A model generated the notes under the pieces. It was not told the DNA's origin, made no database searches, and saw only the letters and a list, made by a program, of their open reading frames with translations. The translations under genes and the position numbers were made by a program. A stretch of DNA of 63,899 nt, the filler included, from Chiloscyllium plagiosum (lineage: Eukaryota): assembly GCF_004010195.1 (NCBI RefSeq). It is 4 parts of 2 records of this genome, joined end to end, with 100 filler letters (N's around TTAATTAATTAA, not from the genome) between each part and the next. Parts side by side here need not be neighbours in the genome. Positions count along the whole stretch, not along the records: positions 1 to 23,902 come from NC_057713.1; positions 24,003 to 40,991 come from NC_057713.1; 2 more parts are not named here. One strand, given 5' to 3'. The first letter of the stretch is position 1, and every line of letters begins with the position of its first letter. This document shows, one piece after another, positions 11,850-24,264 of this stretch.

Positions 11850-13292
11850 AAAGAGCTGCAGAGAGTATGGTATCCCATCCCATCCCTGGTATCCCATCAC
11901 AAAAATATTTACGAGTACAAAAAGCAGGACAAATCCAACCCAGCCAAATACTGCCCCATCAGTCTACACTCGATCATCAGTAAAGTGACGGAAAGTCTCA
12001 GTGCTATGAAGCAGCACCTGCTCAGCAAACCTGCTCAGTGATGCCCAGTTTGGGTTCTGCCAGGGCCACTCAGCTTCTGACCTCATTACAGCCTTGGTTC
12101 AACATGGACAACAGAGCTGAATTCCAGAGGAGAGGGGAGAGGGACAGCCCTCAACATTCAGGCTGGATTCGACCATATGTAGCATCAAAGTGCCCTACCA
12201 AAACTGGAATCAATGAGTATCGGGGGCACTGGGTTGGAGACATAGTTGGCACATATGAAAATGGTCGTAGCTGTTGAAGGTCTGTCATCTCAGCTCCAGG
12301 ACATCTCTGCAGGAGTTCCTCAGGGTAGTGTTTTTGGCCAAACTATTGTCAGCTGCTTCATCAATGATCCTCCCTTCATCATAAGGTCAGAAGCGAGGAT
12401 ATTCACTGATGATTGCTCAATGTTCAGCACCATTTACGACTCCTCAGATACTAACGCTGCCCATGTTCAAATGCTATAAGAAATGGACAACATCCGATTT
12501 TGACAGACAAGTGGTAAGTAATATTTGCACCACATAATTCTCAGGCAATTATCATCTCCAATTAGATACAATCTAACCACTGCCCCTTGACATTCAACAG
12601 TGTTCACATCACTAAATTCCCTATTATCAAACATCCTTGGGAGTATCATTGGCCAGAAACTTACCTGGACTTTCCATACAAACATAATGGCTACAGAAGG
12701 AGATCAGAGGTTAGGAATGTTGTGGCAAGTAACTCACCTCCTAACTCCCCAAAGCCTAACCACCATCTACAAGGCACAAGTCAGGAGTGTGATGGAATAC
12801 TCCCCACTTGCCTGGATGGGTGCAACTCCAACATCACTCAAGAAGCTCAAAACCATCCAGGATAAAGCAGCCGTCTGACTGGCACCACATCCACAAGTAT
12901 CCATTCACTCCATCACCAGCACTCGGTCGCAGCAGTGAGTACTATGAAAAAGATTTTCAGACAAACCCATGAGATCTGTCAGATCTATCTTCCAAACCCA
13001 TGACCACTTCCATCTAGAAGGATAAAGGCAGCAGCTACATGGGAGCACCACCTCCTATAGGTTCCCCTCCAAGCCACTCAGCATCCTGACTTGGAAGCAT
13101 ATCGCTGTTCCTTCACTGTCACTCGGTCAGAATCCTGGAATTCCCTAACGGCATTGTGGGTCAACCTACAAGCAGGTGGATTGCAGCGGTTCAAGAAGGC
13201 AGCTCACCCCCACCTTCTCAAGGGCAACTAGGGATGGGCAATAAATGCTGGCCCAGCCAGCAACGGACACATCCCATGAGTGATTTAAAAAA
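11850..13292 (+). mobile_element. CR1/L2-group LINE 3' half, degenerate
   Basis: RT motifs NPAKYCPISL, GVPQGSVFG, IFTDD, YKAQVRSVMEYSPLAW in shifting frames; 3' tail GGCAATAAATGCTGGCCCAGCC. Confidence 0.88.
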
Positions 13293-13721
13293 CTGGTCAC
13301 CTATCCTGTTGACGTTGGTGGGATCTTGTCATACACAAAGTAGCTGTCATGTTGATCGTAATAATAGACTGGTTAATATTTAACTTGCCAAGTCTATGCT
13401 ATTTCTCTGCAAAAGCATATCATGAAGACCAACACCCCTTTTCTCCGTAATTCTGCAACATTTTCTTTTCACACACATTGTCACTGCACTTAAGAAGTAA
13501 TTTACTGGTTACAAAGAAATTTGGCAAGTTTAGTAATAAAAATTTAACTGGCACTATACACAAAAAAGATCAGTACATCAGCGCTCATACTGTTCTCAAA
13601 CCTGCTTGAAAATTCAACGTGGTACAAAAGAGAAGCTAATTTCAGTGCTGACAAAAGATAAATGGCTTAAGTGATTCGAGGTCAATCAGATAACCAGTTC
13701 TCCCTCTTTACATAGCCATAC

Positions 13722-13862
13722 CTTTTTCCCATTTCTTTTATTAACAACAGGCACTCTTTCATCTCCTGTCAAAGTGTTCACATCCAGTTTGTTAGGATTT
13801 CTACAGCGATGCCTTTTCTGTTTAGGTTTTTGAAATGGGGTCAACAGCACCTCACCACTCTT
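13722..13862 (-). CDS. chd7: CHD7 exon (human-equivalent 36), start of BRK domain 2
   Basis: [47 protein letters not shown]; 141 bp; cag/gtatgg. Confidence 0.97.
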
Positions 13863-14950
13863 CTGCAAAAGAGGGAAAAAAATCAAAAAGTTCACTTGCA
13901 TCCTTTGGCTAATATACATTTAGTAAAACATTCACAGCTCTACGAATACCTGACAAAATGGCTGTAATTTCTACAAATGCTGCCCTCACAATATACAAAG
14001 AGGTTTTGGCAAATTTTCGACTTCATATGCTTACGTGATGAGAAATTCGTAGTAGCTGCATTTTAGTGGTAACTGTTCTGTTGAAATATTGTTTACAAAA
14101 CTAAAACAATGGCTCTGGAAAGGTCACAAACCATGTTTTACACTTTGTTCCAACGGAATTATTTCCAAAAAATCTAAACAGTTTACAATCATATGACCCA
14201 GATTCCAACTACAAGCTTTCGGATTTCCTGCTATGCTGGTCTTCAACTGCACACCTGCTCTGAATCAGAATCCTGAGGCTTGCTTTGATGAGACTGTGGT
14301 CAGTTAAATTCTTTTTAACAGCAAAAGGCCAATGGACCAAACTGAAGAAAAGTTCGAGAAGATGCAGAACATTGGACAAGAATTTGAGCTACATAATACA
14401 GATTTGTTTTAAATAATCAAACAGAGATAGAGGAGGTGTTAGGAGACATGGAGAGATTACAAACTCCAACTTCATAGCTGGACTAAAAAAAAACACTAAC
14501 GTTTGAACTCGTGAAGTGATTAAAAAAATCCCACTGCACCACCTTCTCATATATAACCAGAGAATATGGCAAACCTGTTATAGTAAATAGCTATGTTTGA
14601 AACTAGATGAATCACAGGGCTTGAGTGAAAAACAATTTCAACTTATTAAATGGAGGCTAACAACATTTAGGGTACATTAGTTAACTATTACTTGCCATAT
14701 ATGATGCATGTGTCACAGATTGGAAAATCTAAGGATCAAACTAAACTTCCCAAAAAATTACAGATCCAATGAATAAAAACTGTGGCAAACTGAAATATAT
14801 AGTATAATTTTATATGAATGTCTCAGTAATTAATCCATGTGATTGTTAGCATGGGTAAGCAACAGCTTTGCAGATTACAGCAAGCCTGGTAGTAACAACA
14901 GAATTCTACTTGCACATCTGGTGCAAACTAGCAGTTGAGAATAATATTTT

Positions 14951-17160
14951 TTTTACGAGTTTTGAGAAGATTTGTAGCTTAGGTTGAGGTTTGGGACGTA
15001 AGCTTGCTCGGTGAATTGCAAGGATCGTTTTCAGATGTTACATCACCATACTAGGTATCATCATCAGTGAGGCTTCAGTGAAGCAAAGGTATTAGTGACC
15101 CGCTTTCTATTTATGTGTTTAGGTTTCCTTGGGTTGGTTATGTCATTTCCTATGGTAATGTCAGTTCTGGTGGTAATTTTTCTCAGAGGGTGGTAAATGG
15201 GGTCCAAGTTGATGTGTTTGTTGAGTGTGTTCTGGATGGAATGTCATGCTTCTAGGAATTCTCGTGTGTGACTGTTCGGCTTGTCCTAGGATGGATGTGT
15301 TGTCCCAGTCGAAGTTGTGTCCTTCCTCATCTGTATGCAAGGATACTAGTGAGAGTGGGTCATGGCTTTTTGTGGCTAGTTGATGTTCATGTATCCTGGT
15401 GGCTAGTTTTCTGCCTGTTTGTCCAATGTAGTGCTTGGTACAGTTCTTACAAGGTATTTTGTAAATGACATTAGTTTTGCTTGTTGTCTGTATGGGGTCT
15501 GTCAAGTTCATTAGCTGCTGTTTTAGTGCGTTGGTGGGTTTGAGAGCTACCATGATGTCAAATGTCAAAAAACTTCAGAAATCTGAAGAATTAAATAAGA
15601 TAGACTTCCAAAAAAAGTGAAGCCATATGGATCCAACACACTACACTCCTACGGATTACCCAAAATTGACAAACCAGGAGCCCCCCTCAGACCCATAGTC
15701 TCACTACTTGGAACACCAACTTGCAGATTGGCCAAGGAGCTACACCAAAGACTAAAACGCTTAGTAGAAGACTCACTCCACTCCATTCACTCCACCCAAG
15801 AATTCCTCAAAACCAAAGACACCAAGATAGAAGAGGATGAAATAATGGTCTCCTTTGACATAACAGCCCTAGAGTCATCCATCAACTCCAACCTGGCCAA
15901 GGAAACACTGACTACACTATTAGAAGAACCAAAGACATAGACACCAAACAACACCAACTTCATCACCAAGAACATCATCATCAAGCTAATGGATCTATGC
16001 CTTACCACCCACTTCACTTTCGATAACAAAACCTACAGACAAATCAATGGAACAGCCATGCGATCTCCAATATCAGGATTCATAACAGAGGCAGTAATGG
16101 AGAGATTTGAACAAACGGCTCTGCCAACCATCCAGCCCAAACTTTGGGTCCGCTAGGTGAATGACACCTTAGTCATCACTAAACGAAACAAATTAGAGAA
16201 AACCTTGAAGACCATCAATAGTCCCCTTACTGGCATAAAATTCACTAAAGAGGAGGAAAACAACAACAAACTGCCATTCCTGGATGTCACAGTAGAGTGA
16301 ACAGCCAATGGGGAACTTCAAACCAGCGTCTACAGGAAAACAACACATACGGACCAATACTGAACGACAGATGCAATCATTCCAACATCCACAAACGAAG
16401 CTGCATTAAAACATTATCTCAACAAGCCAACACACACTGCAGCACAGAAGAACTGCACAGAGCAGAGGAAAATCACCTATATAGCGTATTCAAAAAAAGG
16501 GGTACCCAATGAACACAGTGCACTAATTTCTCAGCAACAAACACATATAAGCAGACAAAATGCGTCCAGAAAACTCTCCCCTACATCAAAGACATCTCAG
16601 AAATGACTGCCAGACTACTCAGACCTCTTGGCATCATGGTAGCCCACAAATCCACCAACACACTAAAACAGCAGCTAATGAACTTGAAAGACCCCATACA
16701 GACAACTAGCAAAATTAATGTCATTCACAAAATACCTTGGAGGAACTGTAACAAACTATACATTGGACAAACAGGCAGAAAACTAGCCTGTTTGAACATT
16801 AACTAGCCACAAAAAGACATGATCCACTCTCACTAGTATCCTTACATATAGATGAGGAAGGACACCACTTCGGCTGGGACCACAAATCCATCCTAGGACA
16901 AGCCAAACAGAGCCACGCACGAGAATTCCTAGTAGCATTCCAACTGGAACTCTATCAACTAACACCGACTTGGACCCCATTTACCATGCTGTGAGAGAAA
17001 GAACAGGAAATGACATCACCAACCTAAGGAAAGCTAAACACAAATAGAAAGTGGATCACTAAGAAAGTGCTTCACCGGAGGCGCACTGATGATGTTACCT
17101 AGCATGGTGACAAAATATCTAAAAATGAACCTTCCTGCTCAGCGAGCAAACTTACATCTA
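14951..17160 (+). mobile_element. Penelope-like element (Poseidon-type): RT plus GIY-YIG on plus strand preceded by an inverted copy of its 3' end
   Basis: YGLPKIDKPGAPLRPIVS, MVSFDITAL and YIGQTGRKL on plus (15617-16806); GIY-YIG ORF 15161-15568 on minus; degenerate hammerhead cores near 15030-15070 (-) and 17084-17120 (+). Confidence 0.92.
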
Positions 17161-17179
17161 GTTTATTTTTTGTTCTTGT

Positions 17180-17750
17180 ACAAGACCTTGATCAGACTTC
17201 ATTTGGAATTGTGTCCAGTTTTAGCCTCCACACACAATAGTGACACTGAGGCTTTGGAAAGATGAAGAACCACAAGATCAGCGGTAAATAATCAGCATGA
17301 AAGTCTTAGACTACAGGACAATATAGACAGGCAGGTCAGATGGATTGAACAGTGGCAAATGGAGTTAAACCTAGAAGAATATAATGCTATGCATTTTAGA
17401 AGACCTCACAAAGTAACGTTGTACACAATGCATGGTAGGATCCCAGGAAAGAGAGAAGATCAGAGGGATGCTGTTGTGCATGTCCACAGATCCTTGAAGG
17501 CAAGAGGACAACTGGATAAGGTGGGTTAAGGAGGCATGCGATACTTGCATTTATTAGCTGAGGCATTGAATACAAGAGGAGGGAGCTTATCATGGAGTTA
17601 TACATAATGTTAGTTACACCACAGTTGGAATAATTTGTGCAGTTCTGGTTGCCACAAAACAGGATGCATGTGATTTCATCAGAGAGAATGCAGAGGAGAT
17701 TTTTCAGAATGTTGCCTGGGCTGGAGCTATTCAGCTATGAAGAGAGAGAA
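17180..17750 (+). mobile_element. CR1 LINE RT 3' fragment
   Basis: WQMEL and CVQFW-like remnants. Confidence 0.75.
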
Positions 17751-17761
17751 GCTCAAAGTTT

Positions 17762-18092
17762 TTACAGTGCAGAAAGAAGCCATTTGGCCCACTGAGTCTG
17801 CACTAATCTACTGAAAAGCATCCCAACCCAGATGCAGCCCTCCATCCTATCCCCATAGCCCCACATTTATCACAGAATACCCACTTAGCCTACACTTCCC
17901 TGAACACTACTGTGCAATTTAGCATGGCCAATCCACCCTAGCCTGCACATCTTTGGACTGTTGGAGGAAACTGGAGCATCCAGAGGAAACACACACAGAC
18001 ACAGGGAAGACTCCACACAGTCACCTGAGGCTGCAATCGAACCTGGGTCTCTGGTGTTGTGAGGCAGTGCTAACCACTGAGCCACCATGCTG
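17762..18092 (-). mobile_element. HE1-type V-SINE
   Basis: Reverse-complement homology to 10733-11049. Confidence 0.85.
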
Positions 18093-18147
18093 CTTGTGGT
18101 GTATTCTAGTGTATTTCTGAGAATAACTCTCAAGTAACTCAAGTTAA

Positions 18148-18333
18148 ACGAAAGAACTGCAGAAGCTGGAGATCTGAAACAAAAAAAAAGAAATTGCTGG
18201 TGAAACTCAGCAGGCCTGGCAGCGACTGGAGTAAGCTGATTTGAAGAGTCACACGACTGGAAATATTGACTCTGCTTTCTCCCCACAGATGCTGCTGTTT
18301 GGCTGAGTTTCACCAACAATTTCTATTTTTGTC
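18148..18333. mobile_element. Short fold-back Penelope-derived element (family C)
   Basis: AGAAATTGCTGGTGAAACTCAGC ... GCTGAGTTTCACCAACAATTTCT inverted repeat; related to 54564-54775. Confidence 0.65.
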
Positions 18334-18959
18334 TCGTATAACCTGTTTGGAATAGTGGCCCTCTTCCAAACAGTAGCAAGTTTCCTCACCTACATGATAG
18401 TTAGGATCAGACTTTATGGTTAAACTACAAGTCTCCAACTAGACATGAAAATCTGCAAGCTCATCATATTTCTGATTACAGTTGTTCATACTATAGGGCA
18501 GATTGTCCTAAACACTGCATACTATACTTATTCTTCCCAATAATTGACAACTCACTGATATGTTAGTTGATTTACTGTGATAACTATTATAGCATCACTT
18601 TCCTGTAGATAGTATATATGTTTAAAAACGGAGAGAGCGGTTCCCTGGGGTGTTTTAGTTTACCTGATGTGTGTCATGTAAAGAAAAGCTTTAAAAGATT
18701 TGACGCTGCCTGAAACCTACAAATCAAATATTGTAACAAAAGTTTAAAAAGAAAAGAGATTTGGATTAGGTTTCAGAACTTCCTCTAAATGAATGAAACA
18801 AAAAGATAATTATCTATTTCCAGAGATTCTGAATGATATTCTGAGAATAAAGGTAACATATTTCAGTCTAATTTTATTTCCTGCTCTTCAAAAACCCAAA
18901 AAACGATATTTCTCCTTAATGGCACTAGTGGTCATAAAAACACAATTAAATACTTTACA

Positions 18960-20690
18960 AAAGATCAAAGAGAGTAGTGGAACGTTGTGTGGGGAATCTG
19001 AGGACATAGGGGAAGCATTTAATGGATACTTTTCATTAGTTTCACATGGGAAAAGGGCAATGTTAGTGAGAATACAGAGACACAGGCTACAAGATTAGAT
19101 GGGATTGAGGTTGACAAAGAGGAGGTTTTAGCAACTTTGGAAGAGCTGGAAATAGATAAGACCCTGGGTCTGGGTGGGATTTACCTTCGAATTCTCTTGG
19201 AAGCCAGGTAGGAGATTTGGCTTCAAAGTTTATGTCATCATTGTCGACAGGACTACTGCCAGAAGACTGGAGGATAGCAAATGTTGTTCTCTTGTTTAAA
19301 AAAGGAATTCGGGACAACCCTGGTAATTATAGGCCAGTGAGCCTTACTTCAGTTGAGGGTAAGGTGTTGGAAAAGGTTATAAGAGATAGGATTTATAATC
19401 ATCTGGAAAAGATGAATTTGATTAAGGATAGTCAACAGAGTTTTGTGAAGGGTAGGTCGTGCCTCACTAACCTTATTGAATTCTTCGAGAAGGTGACCAA
19501 ACAGGTGGATGAGGGTAAAGTGGTTGATGTGGTGTATATGGATTTCAGTAAGGCGCTTAATAAGGTTCCCCACGGTAAGCTAATGAACAAAATACGGGGT
19601 TTTGGGATCAAAGGTGATTTAGTGGTTTAGATCAGAAATTGGCTAGCTGAAACATGACAGAGGGTGGTGGTTGATGGGAAATACTCATCCTGGAGCTCGG
19701 TTACCAGTGGTGTGCCGCAAGGATCTGTTTTGGGGCCACTGCTGTTTGTCATTTTTATAAATGACCTGGATGTGGGAGTAGAAGGATGGGTTAATAAATT
19801 TGCAGATGACATTAAGGTAGGCAGAGTTGTGGATAGTGCCGAAGGATGTTGCGGGTTACAGAGGGACATAGAGAAGATGCAGAGCTGGGCTGAGAAGTGG
19901 CAAGTGGAGTTTAATCCGGAAAAGTATGATACAATTCACTTTGGAAGAAATAAAGGGAATGCACAGTATTGGACTAATGGTAAAATCCTTGGCAGTGTAG
20001 ATGAACAGAGAGATCTTGGTGTCCTGATTCATAAATCCCTGAAAGTTGCCACCCAGATTGATAGGGCTGTTGAGAAGGCATATGGTGTGGCTGGTGTTAA
20101 ATGGTAGGGGGATTCAGTTTCGGAGCCACGAGGTCATGCTTCGGCTGTACAAGGCACTGATAAGGCTGCACCTGGAGTATTACGTGCAGTTCTGGTCACC
20201 GCATTATAGGAAGGATGTGGAACCTTTGGAAAGGGTTCAGAGGAGATTTACTCGGATGTTGCCTGGTATGGAGGGAAGGTCTTACGAGGAAAGGCTGAGG
20301 GAACCAAGGCTGTTTTTATTGGAGAGAAGAAGGTTGAGAGGTTACTTAATCGAGACATACAAGATAATTGGAGGGATAGATGGGGTGGACAGTGAGTCAT
20401 TTTCCTTGGATGGTGAAGGCTACCATGAGGTGACATTAGCTTTAAATTGAGGGGTGATAGATTTAGGACAGATATTAGGAAGAGTTTCTTCACTCAGTAG
20501 TAGTGGTGTGGAAGAGCCTGCCTGCAACAGTAGTAGACTCACTGACGTTAAGTTCATTTAAATGGTCATTGGACATACATATGGATAATAATGGAACCTT
20601 GTAGGTTAGATGGGCATCAGATTATTTTCACAGATCAGCACAACATCGAGGGCCGAAAGGCCTGTACTGTGCTGTAACATTCTATGTTCT
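18960..20690 (+). mobile_element. CR1/HER1 LINE, 5'-truncated, RT domain to 3' tail
   Basis: NYRPVSLTS, GVPQGSVLGP, FADD and YYVQFWSPHY across ORFs 19217-20450. Confidence 0.95.
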
Positions 20691-20842
20691 TAAAATAAAA
20701 TACTAAAAACTGGAAAAACCTGGAAGCAATCTTTAAGCTTGGGGGACCGTCATTTAGAACAAAAGTTGCAAGTGTAAGATGGACGCCAATTTCAATGGTA
20801 ACTAGATATTGTATCATGTAAATATGTACTTGCTGTACTTAC

Positions 20843-21067
20843 TGGTACATAACTAGGCATGTCTACAGTGTAAGCTGGATGAACTTTCAGCCATTCCACC
20901 AAATCCTTATTCTTAGGTGCTTCTTCTCCCACCAGTCTGGTCCCATCTTCTAAATTAATAACAGGGATGTGCACCTCTGGGTCCAATTGACCAGGAGATG
21001 GAATGTTTCTTGGTTGTGATGCTGACTGCACGCTCTCATCAAAAGCTTTGGTCAGTTCCGCATCATC
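20843..21067 (-). CDS. chd7: CHD7 exon (human-equivalent 35), BRK domain 1
   Basis: DDAELTKAF...[51 protein letters not shown]; 225 bp; cag/gtaagt. Confidence 0.97.
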
Positions 21068-21714
21068 CTGAAAACCAAAATGCATTATTAATAAAGCAAA
21101 CAGATAATTATTTCCAGATAAATACCAATCAGGAAACCATAGGAAAACCCGAGACATGTACATAAGCAAAGAAAATACTTTCATTCTTATACTTCCATGC
21201 ACTAATGTCCCATTTTCAGAATGTCAAAGGTATTGTTATTTTATCATTTCTACAGGACACATCCAACAGAATATAGGGCTTTAGTTTAGATACATTCTCA
21301 ATTCTCTTGTTAACAGTCTTCTCAGTTGAATGGAATTTAGATTCATTTGACTGAGTTTTCCAAGGAAGTAATCTCTTGTGGATTGCCACCCTGTTCCTTT
21401 TATTGAGCTATGAAAAGGGTCCACATTTCAAACAGATTCCAAACAGAGCTCCTTCAGAAATGCAAAGTTGTACTTCTATTCTGACAATTGCCTCAGTGCA
21501 GAACTGCTCAGGGAGGACAGATCATGCTCTCTTTTACACAGCACTCTGCTGTGGTATTCTGAAATGTAAGCCCAGTGTCCCAGACAGCCAATTTAACAGC
21601 AGCTGAGAGAGGTTAGAATACTAGGAGGGTAAGGTGTTAGGTGGGTGGGTGGGGACGTTAAGGTACCAGTAGGATGCTGGGAGGTGGGGAAAGAGGAGGG
21701 TAAGCATATGGAGA

Positions 21715-21752
21715 AGTTCTGAAGAAGGGTCGCTGGACCCGAAATGTTATCT
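21715..21752 (+). ncRNA. Hammerhead-like motif in a family C Penelope-derived remnant
   Basis: CUGAAGA-A-GGGUC(GCUG)GACCC-GAAA-UGUU. Confidence 0.5.
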
Positions 21753-22369
21753 CTAAATTCTCTTCACTAATGCTGCCAGACCCGCTGAAGTATTTTATAG
21801 TGACACAGGAGAAGTTCAACTATTTGCTTAACTGTAGCAGAACTCAATTTTCCAATTTAAATGGTTACTTCTGGAGGGTTCCAGGTAGAGAGACTTACCC
21901 AGTGGCATCTTTAATTTTCTTTCGGACTATACTATAAAGGAGATTTCACAGGGTGCCCACACACAATTCCCATCTGTTTGACAAATACAACCAACTGGCC
22001 ATCAGAAAATTCAAGCTATTGCATCAACACCATGAATGCTGTTGCATCTGTGCAAATTAAATTACATTGTAATTCAGGCTGCTATTGAGCACACCACACT
22101 AATGGTATGAGGTGCAAATCCCCTCAGAGAAACACATCTAACACAAGCCTAACTTGACAAAACAGAAATGCTTACGTTACTGCACTCACTCCCAACTTGT
22201 AGACTAATCATTGCAAATCCTACCCTAAATGTTTGGGAAGTTGAATTGTTTGAAAACAAAATTTGGAAGAAAAAAAAAGTAGACCAATAAGTGATAACAA
22301 AACTATCCTAAGTCCCAACAACTGGGTCTGAGATGCATGCGATTCAGTGCCATAACAATGTGGTTGATT

Positions 22370-22652
22370 TTTAGATTAGATTAGATTCCCTACAGTGTGG
22401 AAACAGGCCCTTCAGCCCAACAAGTCCACACCAACCCTCCGAAGAGTTACTCACCCAGTCCCATTTTCATCTTACTAATGCACATAACACTACGGGCAAT
22501 TTAGCATGGCCAATTCACCTGCCCTGCACACCTTTGGATTGTGGGAGGAAATGTGCAAACTCCACACAGACAGTCGCCCGAGACTGGAATAGAACCTGGG
22601 TCCCTGGTGCTGTGAGGCAGCGGTGCTAACCACTGAGCCAATGTGCTGCCCC
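22370..22652 (-). mobile_element. HE1-type V-SINE with internal deletion
   Basis: (TTAGA)n tail and reverse-complement V-domain. Confidence 0.9.
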
Positions 22653-22984
22653 AAAGTTTTAGCTCCCCTTTATACACTTAGCAGCTCACTTAGCTGTGAG
22701 AGAATGCAGTTATTTCTCAGGCAATAAAATGACAGCCTTTCTAGCAACACCGAGATGCCAAAATTAATTTAGAAGACAATGCATTCTTAGTTCACCAGCT
22801 AACTTAGTATATGTTTCGTTAGTACTGTTCAAAACAAGAAAGTTGAACAGTCATTCTGCATAGTTTAACAAAAGTTTGCTGACTGTTTTAATACTAACTG
22901 AAGTTCAATTTACACTGTCTGTCTCAATTTTGGTTGGTTTGTTCCTGCAGTAAATTTTGCTTTTAAATACCACAGAAAATAGGA

Positions 22985-23902
22985 GGGGTTGTGTCCAATC
23001 CACCATTTCACAAGGCTGATACTCCATTTCAAACCCATACACCCACTTTCTCCTTGTACCCTTGACACCTTTAACTTCCAAAAAATATCAATTTCTTTGT
23101 TAAATATAAACACAATGGCTTGGCTACGACAGCCTTCTGTAGTAGAGAATACCACTAATTCTCATCTCAGTCTGAAATGGGATTATTCTAAAGCTTATTC
23201 TGATGCCCACAGCCACAGGAAACATCATCCTTGCATCCAGCCCTGTCAGAATTTTAAATGTTTTGAATAAGATCTCCTCTCATTCATCCAAACTCCAGCG
23301 AAGAGGCAAACTCAACCTAATCTATCATGGGGGTTGAGAATTTGGGAGGCAGGGTTAGTACTTTTGCAGATTACACAGAAATTGGTGCTTTGTCGATTGT
23401 GAAGAAGATTATCTAAGATTACCGAGGGATCTTAATCAATTGGGCCAATGGGCTGAGAAACAACAGATGGAGTTTAATTTGGATAAATGCAAGATATTGA
23501 ATTTTGGTAAAACAAACAAGGGCAGGTCTTGTACAGTCAATGGTAGGGCTCTGGATAGTGTATTTAACAAAGACCCTGAGGGGTTCAAGTACATGATTCT
23601 TTGAAAGTTGTGTTCTAGGAAAAAGGTTTTTAAATTGGAGACAGTTCAGAAATGATTCATCAGGATGTTGTTGGGACGGCAGAGTTTGAGTTGAAATGAG
23701 AGGCTGAATAGATTGGGACTTTTTTCACTGGAGCAGATGAAGTTGAGGGGGTCACTTTATAGAGGTTTATGAAATCATGAGGGCCATAGATAGGGTGAAT
23801 AACAAAAGGTCTTTTTCCTAGGGTTGGGGGGAGTTTAAAAACTAGGGGGCATATTTTTAAGGTGAGGGAGGAATATTTAAAAGGGACCTGAAGGGCAATG
23901 TT
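22985..23902. mobile_element. Two abutting CR1 fragments (minus about 22985-23325, plus about 23330-23902)
   Basis: CR1 3' end homology in opposite orientations. Confidence 0.8.
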
Positions 23903-24002
23903 NNNNNNNNNNNNNNNNNNNNNNNNNNNNNNNNNNNNNNNNNNNNTTAATTAATTAANNNNNNNNNNNNNNNNNNNNNNNNNNNNNNNNNNNNNNNNNN
24001 NN
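23903..24002. other. Assembly gap with synthetic TTAATTAATTAA linker
   Basis: 44 N + TTAATTAATTAA + 44 N. Confidence 0.97.
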
Positions 24003-24264
24003 AAGGTTGCTCGGCGTGTAAACAGTTAACCCAACTCCACACTCTCTCGAGCCACATCACTCAGATGTGACGTGGGGATGTGGCCCAGCACTGACAGGCG
24101 TCAATTCTGTCTCAGGGCTCGTAGTACTCACAGATGCGTCCACTGTTCGGTAAGATTTTTAAAATTTCATCATTAAACTGTCACTTATTCCGAAATCCAA
24201 AAAATTCCAAATTCCGAAAGCCAGCTGGTCCTGAGGGTTTCGGATAAAGGGTTGTGTACCTGTA
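24003..24264. mobile_element. End of a TcMar-Tigger (Tigger4/MER46-like) DNA transposon
   Basis: TTCCGAAA repeats and terminus CGGATAAAGGGTTGTGTACCTG followed by TA. Confidence 0.65.

Noticed and set aside
23947..23958. TTAATTAATTAA palindrome recurring three times
   Set aside because: Always centred in 88 Ns; a scaffolding linker
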